A stretch of 64,000 bases of DNA from Octopus vulgaris. Lineage: Eukaryota. Of the stretch, positions 52,510 through 64,000 are shown one piece after another. Under the pieces are notes generated by a model that saw only the letters and a list, made by a program, of their open reading frames with translations, searched no databases and was not told the DNA's origin. The stretch spans positions 28,086,001 to 28,150,000 of the forward strand of contig OX597817.1 of NCBI GenBank assembly GCA_951406725.2, given 5' to 3'. The first letter of the stretch is position 1. Every line of letters begins with the position of its first letter. The position numbers and the translations under genes are program-made.

Positions 52510-53654
52510 CTCTATAGAGTGGTCAGTTAAATGATGTATATTTTAAGTTAAAATCACGGGAACGTTTGCACTATAAGCTACCTAATTACACAGTGATATC
52601 ATGACTTATATGCGAGTGTTTCTATGCTGCAGTAACCAGTTACCTCAACGTGGGGTTTAAGAGTTAAATACTAAAAACAAGATACGAACCACTGGTGTCT
52701 GACACTTTGTCCGGTCTAATGCCAATTCGGCTATCCGCACTGTTATATACCTTTATAAATATCTATAATGAACTATGGTAAAAGAACCTTTGAGAAAGAA
52801 TAAGAGAAAGGGAGAGAGAGAGAGCGAAAGAGAGAAAGAGAAAGGAAGATTGGAAGATAAGAAAAAAAATAAAAAAAAGAATGGAAGTATAAACTATAAG
52901 TGTTGTTTTGGTTTTCGTACGAAAAATATAATAAAAATTGATGCATCGCTGGGCAGCAAAGTTCGCCAAAAATAGTATAGAAAAATATCGTCCCCACCCA
53001 TGTTAACCCGTACTGCTTTTTCCATTGCTATCACAAGCAACAGCAATAGCAGCAACAAAAAGTGGTAGTAATGTTTGAATTAATGTCATAGAAGACATAT
53101 TTGAACCCATTTGTTCACAATATCGCTAACAAAAAAAATTTTAAAAATATACCTCGTTATAATAATCTTGTTAACCAGGAAACATCAAGATAGTCGTGGC
53201 AATAAATCACCAGTGATTTCCTAATATATTCAACGAATCAACAAAAGCTGCACCAATTGGATCGATGACCCAAGACTAGCATTTCATTTTACATACTGAC
53301 ATTAATTCTAGTTCAGATCATTTGTTAATCCGTGACAATCTACAAAGCTTTATTTATATGTGTGTATGTGTCTGTGTGTATGTGTCTGTGTGTGTGTGAG
53401 TGCGTATGCGTCAGAATTATTCTATTTTTATACTGCACAGAAATGCGTTAAGTCGTCATTAAATTCAATGTGCAGTTTCTACTTTTGCCTATTACAAGGT
53501 TTTGTACTTGATATACATACAACTAACTTTCACCACCAGATCACAGGAATTTAAGCAACGCTAAAGCTTCGTTGGGAAATATATGGATTAAATATCCCAA
53601 TGGTTTAATATTTGTATGAATACTAAAATCCAATCCAATGATCAAAGGATATCA

Positions 53655-53915
53655 CGTCGTAAGAAGATCCAGAAAAAAAAGTCTTTTGTTTCTGCAAGCA
53701 ATTTCATGAATGATGAAAGATAAATCTCTGTCTGCATACGACGCCATTTTGTCCCAGTAGATTTGGTAAATATAACGCAGCTTGTGTAACGTATAGTCTA
53801 CCCAATTTCTCAATTTCATAATGAAACGCTTGGAATGCTTCTGTAAATTTCTCATACCACTACCAAAGAATAATCGAATAGTATGTGAAATATAGTTTTC
53901 CTTTGTTATTTCCAC
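53655..53915 (-). pseudogene. Possible ancient RTE-like LINE relic
   Basis: RLFFGSG..YTLHKLRYIYQIYWDK loosely resembles LLYGSE..RCLRRILxIxWxD. Weak. Confidence 0.25.
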
Positions 53916-54194
53916 CTTCGCTTCTGTGTGCCTCAGGTGCTGGCAATGCGTACCAGTTTGTGATTTATATATTTGTTTAAAACATACATGTTCTGTGATT
54001 CGGTGTCAAGTAAGGTTATTGTTTGCAGTTATAATTAGAGATTAGTGGCTTTCCTTTGTTAATTTAACTTTCTTTAATAATACAATTATAATTAGGATAA
54101 GACATAATGCATTCACTACACAAGTTTTATTTCCGCTGTCTATTTCTCTCCCCTCGATTTATCGGTATCTATACTGCATATATAAGTGTGTGTA

Positions 54195-54231
<37 letters not shown>

Positions 54232-54235
<4 letters not shown>

Positions 54236-54572
54236 TTACGAACCGCATGGTTCCGGGTTCAGTCCCACTGAGTGGCACCTGGGGCAAGTATCTTCTACTA
54301 TAGCCTCGAGCAGACCAAAGCCTTGTGAGTGGATTTGGTAGATGGAAACTGAAAAAAGCCTGTCATATATATGTATATATATATATATGGATGTATGTGT
54401 GTATATACGTTTGTGTTTCTGTGTTTACCCCCCCCCCCCCGCCCAACATCATTTGACAATAGATAGAATAACTACTAGGCTTACAAAGAATAAGTCCTGG
54501 AGTCGATTTGCTCGACTAAAGGCGGTGCTCCAGCATGGCTACAGTCAAATGACTGAAACAAGTAAAAGAGTA
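54232..54572 (+). mobile_element. SINE family A, 5'-truncated with internal deletion
   Basis: Colinear with the other A copies. Confidence 0.88.
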
Positions 54573-55012
54573 ATACAAATATACAGGCATATCTCGGCTT
54601 AAGTGTTCTCGATTATACGTCGATTTTTAAAAATAATATTATGGAAAAATAAAAATCAAGTTGTCATTTTACTCTGTCCGCCACAAATACTGGAATCGTG
54701 AAATCACTAGAAAACCGTTAAAAAGAACATAAAATCATGATACTGTACAATAAATAAGAATAAAAGCATATAAAATAATATTAAAGCGCATACAGTAAAT
54801 GTTAAGATGCACACCAAAGAGTAGTGTGGCTCAGTGAACAAAATCATGAAATCAGCTGTGTTGTCTTATTCTTCGGTCTTTTGGAGCTCATATTGCACTG
54901 TAGTTCCAATATCTACCGTTAGGCGTCGCTGTCACTCGTGATTCCTGCGATTGTTTTTCGACTTATCGGGTCTCCTGAAACCAATTAACGACGTAGGGTG
55001 AGGTAAACCTGA

Positions 55013-55014
<2 letters not shown>

Positions 55015-55072
<58 letters not shown>

Positions 55073-55100
55073 ATATACATACATACATACATATATATAT

Positions 55101-55142
<42 letters not shown>

Positions 55143-55153
55143 ATATATATATG

Positions 55154-55196
<43 letters not shown>

Positions 55197-55400
55197 CTAC
55201 ACACACACACATATATATATAAATGTATATAATGCGTGTATATATATATATATGAATATATATTTCTACACACACACACATATATATATAAATGTATATA
55301 ATGCGTGTATATATATGTGTGTATATATATATATGCACACACACACGTATATATATGTAGTGTATATATATATATATATATATATATTTAGAGAGAGAGC
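55015..55400. repeat. (TA)n/(CA)n field with a ~70-bp duplication
   Basis: TTTCTACACACACACATATATATATAAATGTATATAATGCGTG occurs twice. Confidence 0.9.
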
Positions 55401-55723
55401 GCGCGGGGAGGGACGGCATATATATAATAAATTAAATGTCATTAAGGAACACAACAAAATCTGCATCTTTTTCCCCTTTCTGTTTATTTCTTAACAAGAG
55501 CGTCCGCCATGAAGTGCTATAGAATCGCTGACATAGTTCCATAACATTTCTGAATTGTGTTACTTAGCAGATCGCAGTAGAGCGACGATATTTTTTCACG
55601 TTTCAAAAGAGGCTTATGCGGTTGAGAAATAAATGAATAGTTAATGTAATCTTAAATGGATAAAATCACTCTTCCAAATTTTAATTGTTCCAGTGTGAAC
55701 ACACGCACGCATGCACTTACGCG

Positions 55724-55759
<36 letters not shown>

Positions 55760-55780
55760 TGTATGTATTTATATATATGT

Positions 55781-55965
55781 AGGAAGCGCAATGGCCCAGT
55801 GGTTAGGGCAGCGGACTCGCGATCATAGGATCGCAGTTTCGATTCCCAGACCGGGCGTTGTGCTGTGGAGTGCTCAGCCACTTACACGTTAATTTCACGA
55901 GCAGGCTGTTCCGTTGATTCGGATCAACCGGAACCCTCGTCGTCGTAACCGACGGAGTGCTTCCA
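55781..55965 (+). mobile_element. SINE with a family-C tRNA head and a different body
   Basis: GGAAGCGCAATGGCCCAGTGGTTAGGGCAGCGGACTCGC..CCCAGACCGGGCGTTGTG, then unrelated sequence. TSD ATATATATGTAG. Confidence 0.85.
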
Positions 55966-56659
55966 TATATATGTAGTAAGAGTTTGGACTGCCATTTCGA
56001 GCAGGTTGACTAACTACATCGAGGCTTTCTCTTCGGTTACACATCCTTGTTAGTAATTAACCGTTTCGAGTCAAAAAATACATGACAGATTTATCGGTTT
56101 GCTATTTCTCATGAAACGTTAATCCGGTTCAGTAGCAGTTCTCTTAAATGTTTTATTGTTAGATAAAAAAAGAAGAGGATCCAACAAGATTCCCTGATAA
56201 ATTCCATTTCTTATAAGACTCCGGCTACTCGGTGTTTGCCTTCTGTTGTTGACTTGTTACTTTTATTGTCAAGTTGTCAGTGACTTCGATATTTGAGGGT
56301 TTTCCAATATCTGATAATGTGGAAGAACTATCGAACAATTTTCACCACACACTATATACATTTTCCCTTTTTTTTTTCTCGCTGTTTTCCATTAATAATA
56401 ATAGCGATTTTCGATGCGAGAAGGTTACAGATTTAGGGATAAGGTGCAGTGAATTAAATCATTCAGTACCTAACTGATTCTTATTTCATCGACATCAGAA
56501 AGGTGGGTGGGAGAAAAAGAAAATTTGATCCTAGCAAAGGGTGAACTCATCATTATCATCATCATCATCATCATTATCAACAACATTATTTGTTTCTTCT
56601 GCATCATCGTCCCCACGAAAATAGTAATAATTATCCTTTTTACCAGAAAATTTAGGGGA

Positions 56660-56774
56660 GGTGGCTAGTATTCCATCGACCCCAATTTTTCACTGGTACT
56701 TAATTCATTGACCCCAAAAGGATGAAAGTTAAAGTCGATATCGGCGAAATTTGAACTCAGATGGTGCCACAGTA

Positions 56775-56834
<60 letters not shown>

Positions 56835-57265
56835 TCACATTTTTCCACAAAGGAATCAATATCATCAACCTCACTGTTTCACTGGTATTTATTTCATCGA
56901 ATCCGAAGGGATGAAAGGCAAAGTCGACCTCGGCGGAATTTGAACAAAGAACGTAGCGACGGGCGAAATACCAATTTCTTTACTACCCACAAGGGGCTAA
57001 ACACAAAGAAGACAAACAACGGCAGACGAACGGATTAAGTCGATTACATCGACCCCAGTGCGTGACTGGTGCTTAATTTATCGACACCGAAAGGATGAAA
57101 GGTAAAGTCGACCTCAGCGGAATTTGAACTCAGAACGTAACGGCAGACGAAATACTGCAAAGCATTTCGCCCGACGTGCTAACGTTTGTGCCAGCTCGCC
57201 GCCTTCGACGGACGAAATACCGCTAAACATTTCGCCCGGCGTGCTAATGATTCTGCCAGCTCAAC
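56660..57265 (-). mobile_element. Cluster of SINE family B copies (fragment, dimer, extra head) around (TAA)n
   Basis: Repeated GGATGAAAGG(C/T)AAAGTCGACCTC..GAATTTGAAC blocks. Confidence 0.88.
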
Positions 57266-57620
57266 ACCTTAGTAGTAGTAGTAGTAGTAGTAGCAGTAGT
57301 AGTAGCAGTAGCAGCAGCAGCAGCTACTGCTGCTGCAAGAGGTAGTGGTTTGGCCTATGCCAATCTTAATCGAACTGATTTATGTGTATGGGCATTTCCA
57401 TTTGCAATCATACCGTGACTTATGAAGGAATAATAATAATAATAAATAAGTAAATAAATAAAGTGATAAGTGCAGAATCTGTGGACAAAACGGTAAAAGC
57501 GTATGGCATATGTACGCCACTAGCCCTGAAGGAATATAAGAGACGCCTCGACAATATAGTAAGCCTTGTACATTGGACATTTTGCAACAAGTATGGACTT
57601 GATTGAGCAAAAAATTGGTA

Positions 57621-58118
57621 CGACTACAAACCCGAAGGCATCGTCGAAAATAGAAATGCAAAGATCCTATGGGATTTTATAATTCGGTGCGACCATGAGA
57701 TAGAGAATAGGAAGCCGGACATAGTCTTAATTGAGAACGGAAACAAACTATGCTGGATCATAGATATAGCATTCCCAGCTGACAAGTTATGCGAGAAAGA
57801 AGAAAGAAAAGTCGAGAGATATGACAGGTTAGCTTGGGAGGTTAAGCAGTTGTGGTCGATGGAAAAGGTAGCAGTGGTACCAATAATTGTCGGAGCCCTG
57901 GGAAGATTGAGCAAAAATCTCGAGAAGTACGTGGAACAAATAGGAGCTGCAAGAAGGGTGGAGTACTTGCAGAAAACTGCACTGCTTGGAACCGCTCGAA
58001 TACTCCGGAAGGTGCTCGAAAAATAAGAGGTGTTACCTGGTAGTGAACAGCTGACACTGTAGTACATCTCCAGCGTTTGAAGCTGTGCGAAGGCAATAAT
58101 AATAATAATAATAATAAT
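57621..58118 (+). mobile_element. R4/Dong-like LINE 3' end: RLE domain, 3' UTR and (AAT)n tail
   Basis: KPEGIVENRNAKILWDFIIRCDHEIENRKPDIVLIE..IIDIAFP, then KEERKVERYDRLAWEVKQLW..VPIIVGALG..LQKTALLGTARILRKVLEK with stop at 58024-58026. Confidence 0.92.
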
Positions 58119-59420
58119 GATGATGATGAGAACGAACATGTGACACACCTTCCGCTGTCAATCAAAGACTACAACGTAATTCAGTTGCCACTACTTGCAC
58201 CTGCCAATAGAGATCAGTGAACATGTTTAGTGCTTGTGCCTTAGCGTACTTGCATTAGCTTAAACAACGCGCCCATCGAGTTTGCCTTCGAAAATAATGG
58301 TCTAGATACACTCTCAATGCTACTAATTTAGCTGCGATATCTTTTTGACATTCCCATCAAGATTTGTTATTACGTTCTGCTATATAAGGCTTGCTACCCT
58401 AATTTCCTGTCTATACCGATTCTTCGTTAAATTTTCATGTTCAAATCTACCTACTAGCATCTATTTATAATCCCTAATCCTTCCCCGTAGAATAAAATCA
58501 TAAATCAGATCTCTGCTTACTTTCTTCGCCGCAAATATCGCGTTCTGATTCCAGTAAACAAGTTCGTGTCTAAAAGTCCCATTTTATTTTTATGCCATCA
58601 ACCACTCGAAAATATCGACAACCTCTACTATTTCTGTCAGCTGTCTTAACAAATATTCTAAGTTTGATCTCGGCGACCAACCGAAACTTATTCAAATCCA
58701 ATTTCATGCATGCTAATAATCCAGCCAATTTCATATCTATCAGACTGTTGAAAATATGTTTAAAGATTTAAGAAGTCTTTCGTCCTATCCTTTCTAGGCA
58801 CTTGTCTCCCTCAAACGCGGCGTTCGCTTACAATATCATTCTAGTTACACTCTAATACTAATGAATGAGGTGTATTCAAAAAGAAATCCGGTCGTCCTGT
58901 TGCTCAGACAAAGGTTTACTGAATTGCCCCGCCGTTGTCGTTGTATTCGTACATTGATAAACACACAAATGTTTTTCTTTCTAAGTTTACGAAGAATACG
59001 AATCTCCTTTTATGTTACAACTACAGATGTTCTGGGTTAAAATTTCTTCTGAAAAACCGATCTTGCGATACTTACAAACATAATAATTACTATTATCTGG
59101 AAGCTGCACATGTCTGTAATGTTTCCTTTCTTAATAAACGTTAACTCACGTTAATTGACTATATCACCGTCATACGAATATCAAAGGTGTTGCTGTTTCG
59201 AAAGAAATCATTGTTGTCTGTCAATTAGACACAGATGAGTTAGATCACTTAAGAGAAAATAATAGATTACAGCAAATAACAATAAGTACCGAACAGAAAG
59301 TAAGTTCTTTATTGAGATAGAATACAATTACATTTTCAACGTCATCTTCACTATTGCAATAACCTCGAATCCTCTCACTAACTAGTTGCATATCTCTTCG
59401 ACGCATTCCTATCCCAAACT

Positions 59421-59422
<2 letters not shown>

Positions 59423-59506
<84 letters not shown>
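59423..59506. repeat. (CT)n microsatellite
   Basis: Direct reading. Confidence 0.97.
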
Positions 59507-59509
<3 letters not shown>

Positions 59510-59521
59510 GTTTCTGACCTC

Positions 59522-59945
59522 TTATTTCTTTATTGCCCACAAGGGGCTAAACATAGAGGGGACAAACAAGGACAGACAAAGGGATTAAGTCGATTACGTC
59601 GACCCCAGTGCGTAACTGGTACTTAATTTATCGACCCCGAAACGATGAAAGGCAAAGTCGACCTCGGCGTAATTTGAACTCAGAACGTAACGGCAGACGA
59701 AATACCTATTTCTGTTTCTTTACTACCCACAAGGGGCTAAACACAGAGAGGACAAACAAGGACAGACAAAGGGATTAAGTCGATTACATCGACCCCAGTG
59801 TGTTACTGGTACTTAATCTATCGACCCCGAAAGGATGAAAGATAAAGTCGACCTCGGTGGAATTTGAACTCAGAACGTAACGGCAGACGAAATACCGATA
59901 AGCATTTCTCCCGGCGTGCTAACGTTTCTGCCAGCTCGCCGCCTT
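59522..59945 (-). mobile_element. SINE family B, tandem dimer
   Basis: Full monomer plus a 5'-truncated monomer, as at 10879. Confidence 0.92.
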
Positions 59946-61759
59946 AATCGTCGTTTCTTACATCTGTCGTGCTTTAACTCCTGGATCCTAAAACCTAGCT
60001 TTGGAATCGAGAGTTTTCAAACTATCATTTGCCTCCTTCTGGAATTCCGTTATCGAGTTACTGATGTGCTTACACAGGTATTGAACCCTGTCCATTTTCT
60101 CCCTACTAATCCATAAAATATTCTTGCAAAAGTATATTTGGTTAACAGTCTCTCTTCAGGATATTAGCAATGCAACAGAAATGAAAATGGCTTTAATCAG
60201 GATAGCAAAACTAAACTGCGATCAAGGCACCCCAGCAGCTAAACTACAGATTACCTCACTTTCTGTCTGAAGTGACTGTAATATGCCTAACTGCTGTAGC
60301 GAATTTCCTGCAAACTAAATCTGCTATCATATTTACAGATTGTAATTTAAAGGCATTCTACTTCCTTAACGGCTCTAATACCTTTTGAAAAAGCAAGAGC
60401 ATAACAACTTCCAATTCCGTTTCCCTTCCTCACCTGAGGCATCGTGATTAGTGTTAAGAAATCAATAGCCATAGCCGTTCAGCTATGCTATCAAATTCCA
60501 AACTCAACAGCAGAACCACCATCTTGTTAAAATAAATGCACTTTGTTGATAAAAGGAAATAAATTTAAATGAAATAGATGAACAAATACATAAATATATA
60601 AGTAAATCACTCTTAGCCACATACATACCCACAAATCGTGCAAAGTCTAACATCTTGTCAGCTCGACTTCGTTGACCTTGATCTATATTGATTACTCTAA
60701 ACCGAGAGCTTTCGGTAACCAAGACAGCTCTGAACAATGTAAATATATGTATATATGTGTGTGTACGCGTATGTATGAGTGTACATGCATACAAATATAC
60801 AAATAGATATATACACATATACACCTATGCATACACAGATTCATACACACACACACATTCTCAATAAGCAGAAAACAAGTGAAAGGGGTGACTAGGAGAG
60901 AGATCGAGGTTGTATTGCAAGGCGATTGGTTCAATAATGATGTTCTCATTCATCTAAACTCTATGCACTATTTCAAACCACTAACCAACCCGACATCCTT
61001 CATCCTACGAACAATCGGCCTATCTCTGGCAGTAAATATCGAAAGAATAGTCAAGAAAACGCATTACACTGAAGATTTAATACGTTCTGTGTCATGTGAC
61101 ATAACGGATTAAAACGTCAGAATACGCTCAGAAAAACATAGACTAATGCCTCTCTCTTTTGCTTTCTCTTCTTTCCTTCATCCTCATTTATACTCTTCTC
61201 TCCCCACTACACCTTATTTTTTTTCCTTTCGTAGTCTTCTACTAATTCTTTCTCAGTTCTTTTATTTCTTTATCTGTTTTTACCTTTTATTTTCTCTGAT
61301 TTCTTTTCTTCTTCCTTTCTCTTCTACGAAAGTATTGACTGGTATTTGGACGCATCTGGTATCGGACAAGGATAATCTTGCTTGCAAAGTAATTTCATCC
61401 GAGCCAAGTACTTCTTATACCACCAATACCGCCAACAACTCGGCATCCGTAATGTTTGAACCAATTCTTCAGTTTTATTGTCTGTTCTCAATGTTCTTGA
61501 AATAAATTTTCTTCCGTTCATAATAATAATATTATTCTAGTTTATTATTTTCTTTTAAAACTATGCAAATCCAATGTGCATTATTTCTCTTCAATTCTGT
61601 CTCGCATCCTTTAACTTTCCAATTGTCCCTGATGTATTTCTGTCTGTGTGTGTGTGTGTGTGCGTGTGTTTGTGTGAGCGCGCGCGTGTGGTGCTTGTGT
61701 GTGCGTGTATTGCTAAATCTTTGGCGTCTATATACTCTTAAATATCACATATTCATATA

Positions 61760-62172
61760 CAACATACATACATACATACAAATATACATACATGCATGCA
61801 TACATACATGCAAGCATACATGCATACATAGATACATACATGCAAGCATACATACATGAATACATACATACATACATACATACATACATACATACATACA
61901 TACATACATACATACATACATGTAACCACATATTAATAAACATCAGGACCTCTGAACTCAAAATGTTTTGTCGATTCGTTAGTAACGGGTTTCAACTCTT
62001 TCAAGAAGAACTTAAATCAAGCTCAAAGAAAAACCATACACACATACACACATACACACATACCTGCATTCATGCATACATGCATACATACATACGTACA
62101 TACATACATACATACATACATACATACATACATACATACATACATACATACATACATACATACATACATACG
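61760..62172. repeat. (TACA)n tracts
   Basis: Direct reading. Confidence 0.95.
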
Positions 62173-62819
62173 TATTGGTTTCTTCTGGCATAGCACTGGT
62201 CCACATTCTGTAGATGTTAGTCGTTGATCGAGTCAACCTATCTCATTCTTAATACTTTTAACAGACAACAGAAGGACGAAATACAAAGCCGTTCCCATCA
62301 AAATTTGCAATTAGAATTTAAATTAGGCAGACATTAAATGCGAAAAAAAGATGTTTATGTTTTAATGCAAGACCCTAGCCACGTCTTTACAGGAGCCTAA
62401 TGAATTCCTTTATTGACTGCAAACCACAGCGTACGTTGGGCTCCCAGACTCGTCCTTCTACTCTTTGGGTGATTGTCTAATGTGCCCAAACCATAAGAAG
62501 GGACTGCAAGAGCACGATTGGGGTGAGGGCTAACGGAGGTGAATTCATTTCTTTTAGTAATTGTAAATTGGTCGAAAACTTAGTGGATTGGCTACCAAAA
62601 CACGCGAACATGTGGATATACATGCTCACGCATTTACACACAGACACATATATGATTATGCGTGTAAACATACATACATATATATATATAAATATATATA
62701 TATATAACTAATGTAGGATAAAATTTTTTTCGGGAAAAATATTTTATCAATGGCCAGCATATCAAAAAATACCTTTTAAAGGTTAAACTATTTATATATA
62801 TATATATATACGATAAATA

Positions 62820-63000
62820 CCTCCTAGAAAATCCGGGCAAAGTTGTTTATGTAAGACCAGCAGTCGCTCATGCTTACCAGTTTCCCCTCTCCACGCCACC
62901 GATGTTATCCAAGGGAAACGCAAAGGCCGGTACAGCAACTCGTTTCTATACCTGAGCGAACCGGAGCAAGGTGAAATAAAGTGTCTTGCTCCAGAACACA
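62820..63000 (-). mobile_element. SINE family D internal fragment
   Basis: Reverse complement matches 49327-49527. Confidence 0.85.
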
Positions 63001-63056
63001 TATTCATATATTGCATATATAGGCACACTACACACACATGTATGTATATATATGAA

Positions 63057-63085
63057 TAGATAGATAGATATATATATATAGAGAG

Positions 63086-63155
<70 letters not shown>

Positions 63156-63210
63156 GCAGGCAGGCAGGCAGGCAGGCAGGCAGACAGACAGACAGACAGA
63201 CAGACAGACA
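63057..63210. repeat. (GATA)n-(GGCA)n-(GACA)n compound microsatellite
   Basis: Direct reading. Confidence 0.97.
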
Positions 63211-64000
63211 TATTCATAAATACATATATGTGTGTGAACGTTGTGAGACAGGGACACACAAACAAAAAGCAAAAACAGTTACTAAGTGAAAGGCAAACAG
63301 AAACTGACAGCAACAGACAGCGTAGTAAAAGGAATGAACACTTCTGTAATACGAAGCCATCAGTAAACGAAGAGTCATTCAACTATTTCAACCTACTAAT
63401 CCTCATCAGTTCTGCACACACACACATTTACCCTCATGTGTCAAACAGAAGTCATTAATCTAGTCACCATTTTTTTTTTCTTATTTTCTTACCTCCTTGC
63501 TTGTGTAACTCTCAGCGAGTAAGGAACAGCTATTATCATTGAACCAGAACCATCATCCAGAAGAAAAATTCCATGCTGCAGTAAACATTCATATTATTAT
63601 GGTACTAATTTCTAAAATAATGAATTAAGATACAAATCACCGTTAATTTCTTTCAAAAATACGATATTAAATAAAAGTATATAAAACTTGAAATTTGACA
63701 GTTTTTGTCGATAAGTTACTTGCCTTATATGGCGTTGTTCAAGTTATCAAGAAGTATACATCCAGTGTTGCGGCTATTACTTTTGTTCCCGTTGTTTAAT
63801 ATTATCATTGTTATTGTAATTGGCAGTATTTTGTCCATACTAAATGATCAAGTTTTAGGCAGATGTGACATCGACCTAATAATGGACACTGGGACCTAAC
63901 CCTACAATTGTAACTAGGAGAATTAGTACTATTAATAAGAATATTACTGATATTCATAGTATTATTATTATTAATAATATTATCACTATTATTATGAATC

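Noticed and set aside
54950-54985. Minus-strand GAC-CCGATAA-GTC-GAAA motif
   Set aside because: The core box is corrupt (TTCAGGA) and stems I and III are unsupported in this copy.
23405-55860. SINE heads as tRNA genes
   Set aside because: They have A/B boxes but no complete cloverleaf, and they continue into shared SINE bodies with TSDs.
60870-61110. EVVLQGDWFN peptide as a LINE APE endonuclease relic (also the RTE-like hint at 29190-29290)
   Set aside because: Similarity is too short to support without a profile search.
63375-63415. Minus-strand CTGATGA..GAAA spacing
   Set aside because: Stem II is mostly wobble pairs and stem I does not form.

Overview
AT-rich eukaryotic non-coding DNA, most likely a cephalopod (Octopus-like) intron or intergenic region. 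The organism call is an inference from the repeat landscape, not a database result. I found no convincing host protein-coding gene, and most ORF-track entries are microsatellite read-throughs. The window holds four or more tRNA-derived SINE families, R4/Dong-like RLE LINE fragments, two Penelope GIY-YIG fragments, a decayed mariner, an internally deleted pogo-type transposon keeping its HTH and PHD ends, a hAT MITE, a non-autonomous Helitron, several fold-back elements, a tRNA-Thr(AGT) gene candidate and a tRNA-Ser-like relic. The most interesting signal is a set of hammerhead-ribozyme motifs in non-coding, often (TA)n-adjacent elements: one apparently intact type I hammerhead (18561-18640) and minimal variants with swapped 3:8 core pairs, including an inverted pair inside a 300-bp palindrome. 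Also notable are SINE tandems that share one breakpoint at three loci, and SINEs sitting just downstream of both tRNA-like sequences. All folds and translations were done by eye, so coordinates may be off by a few bases.
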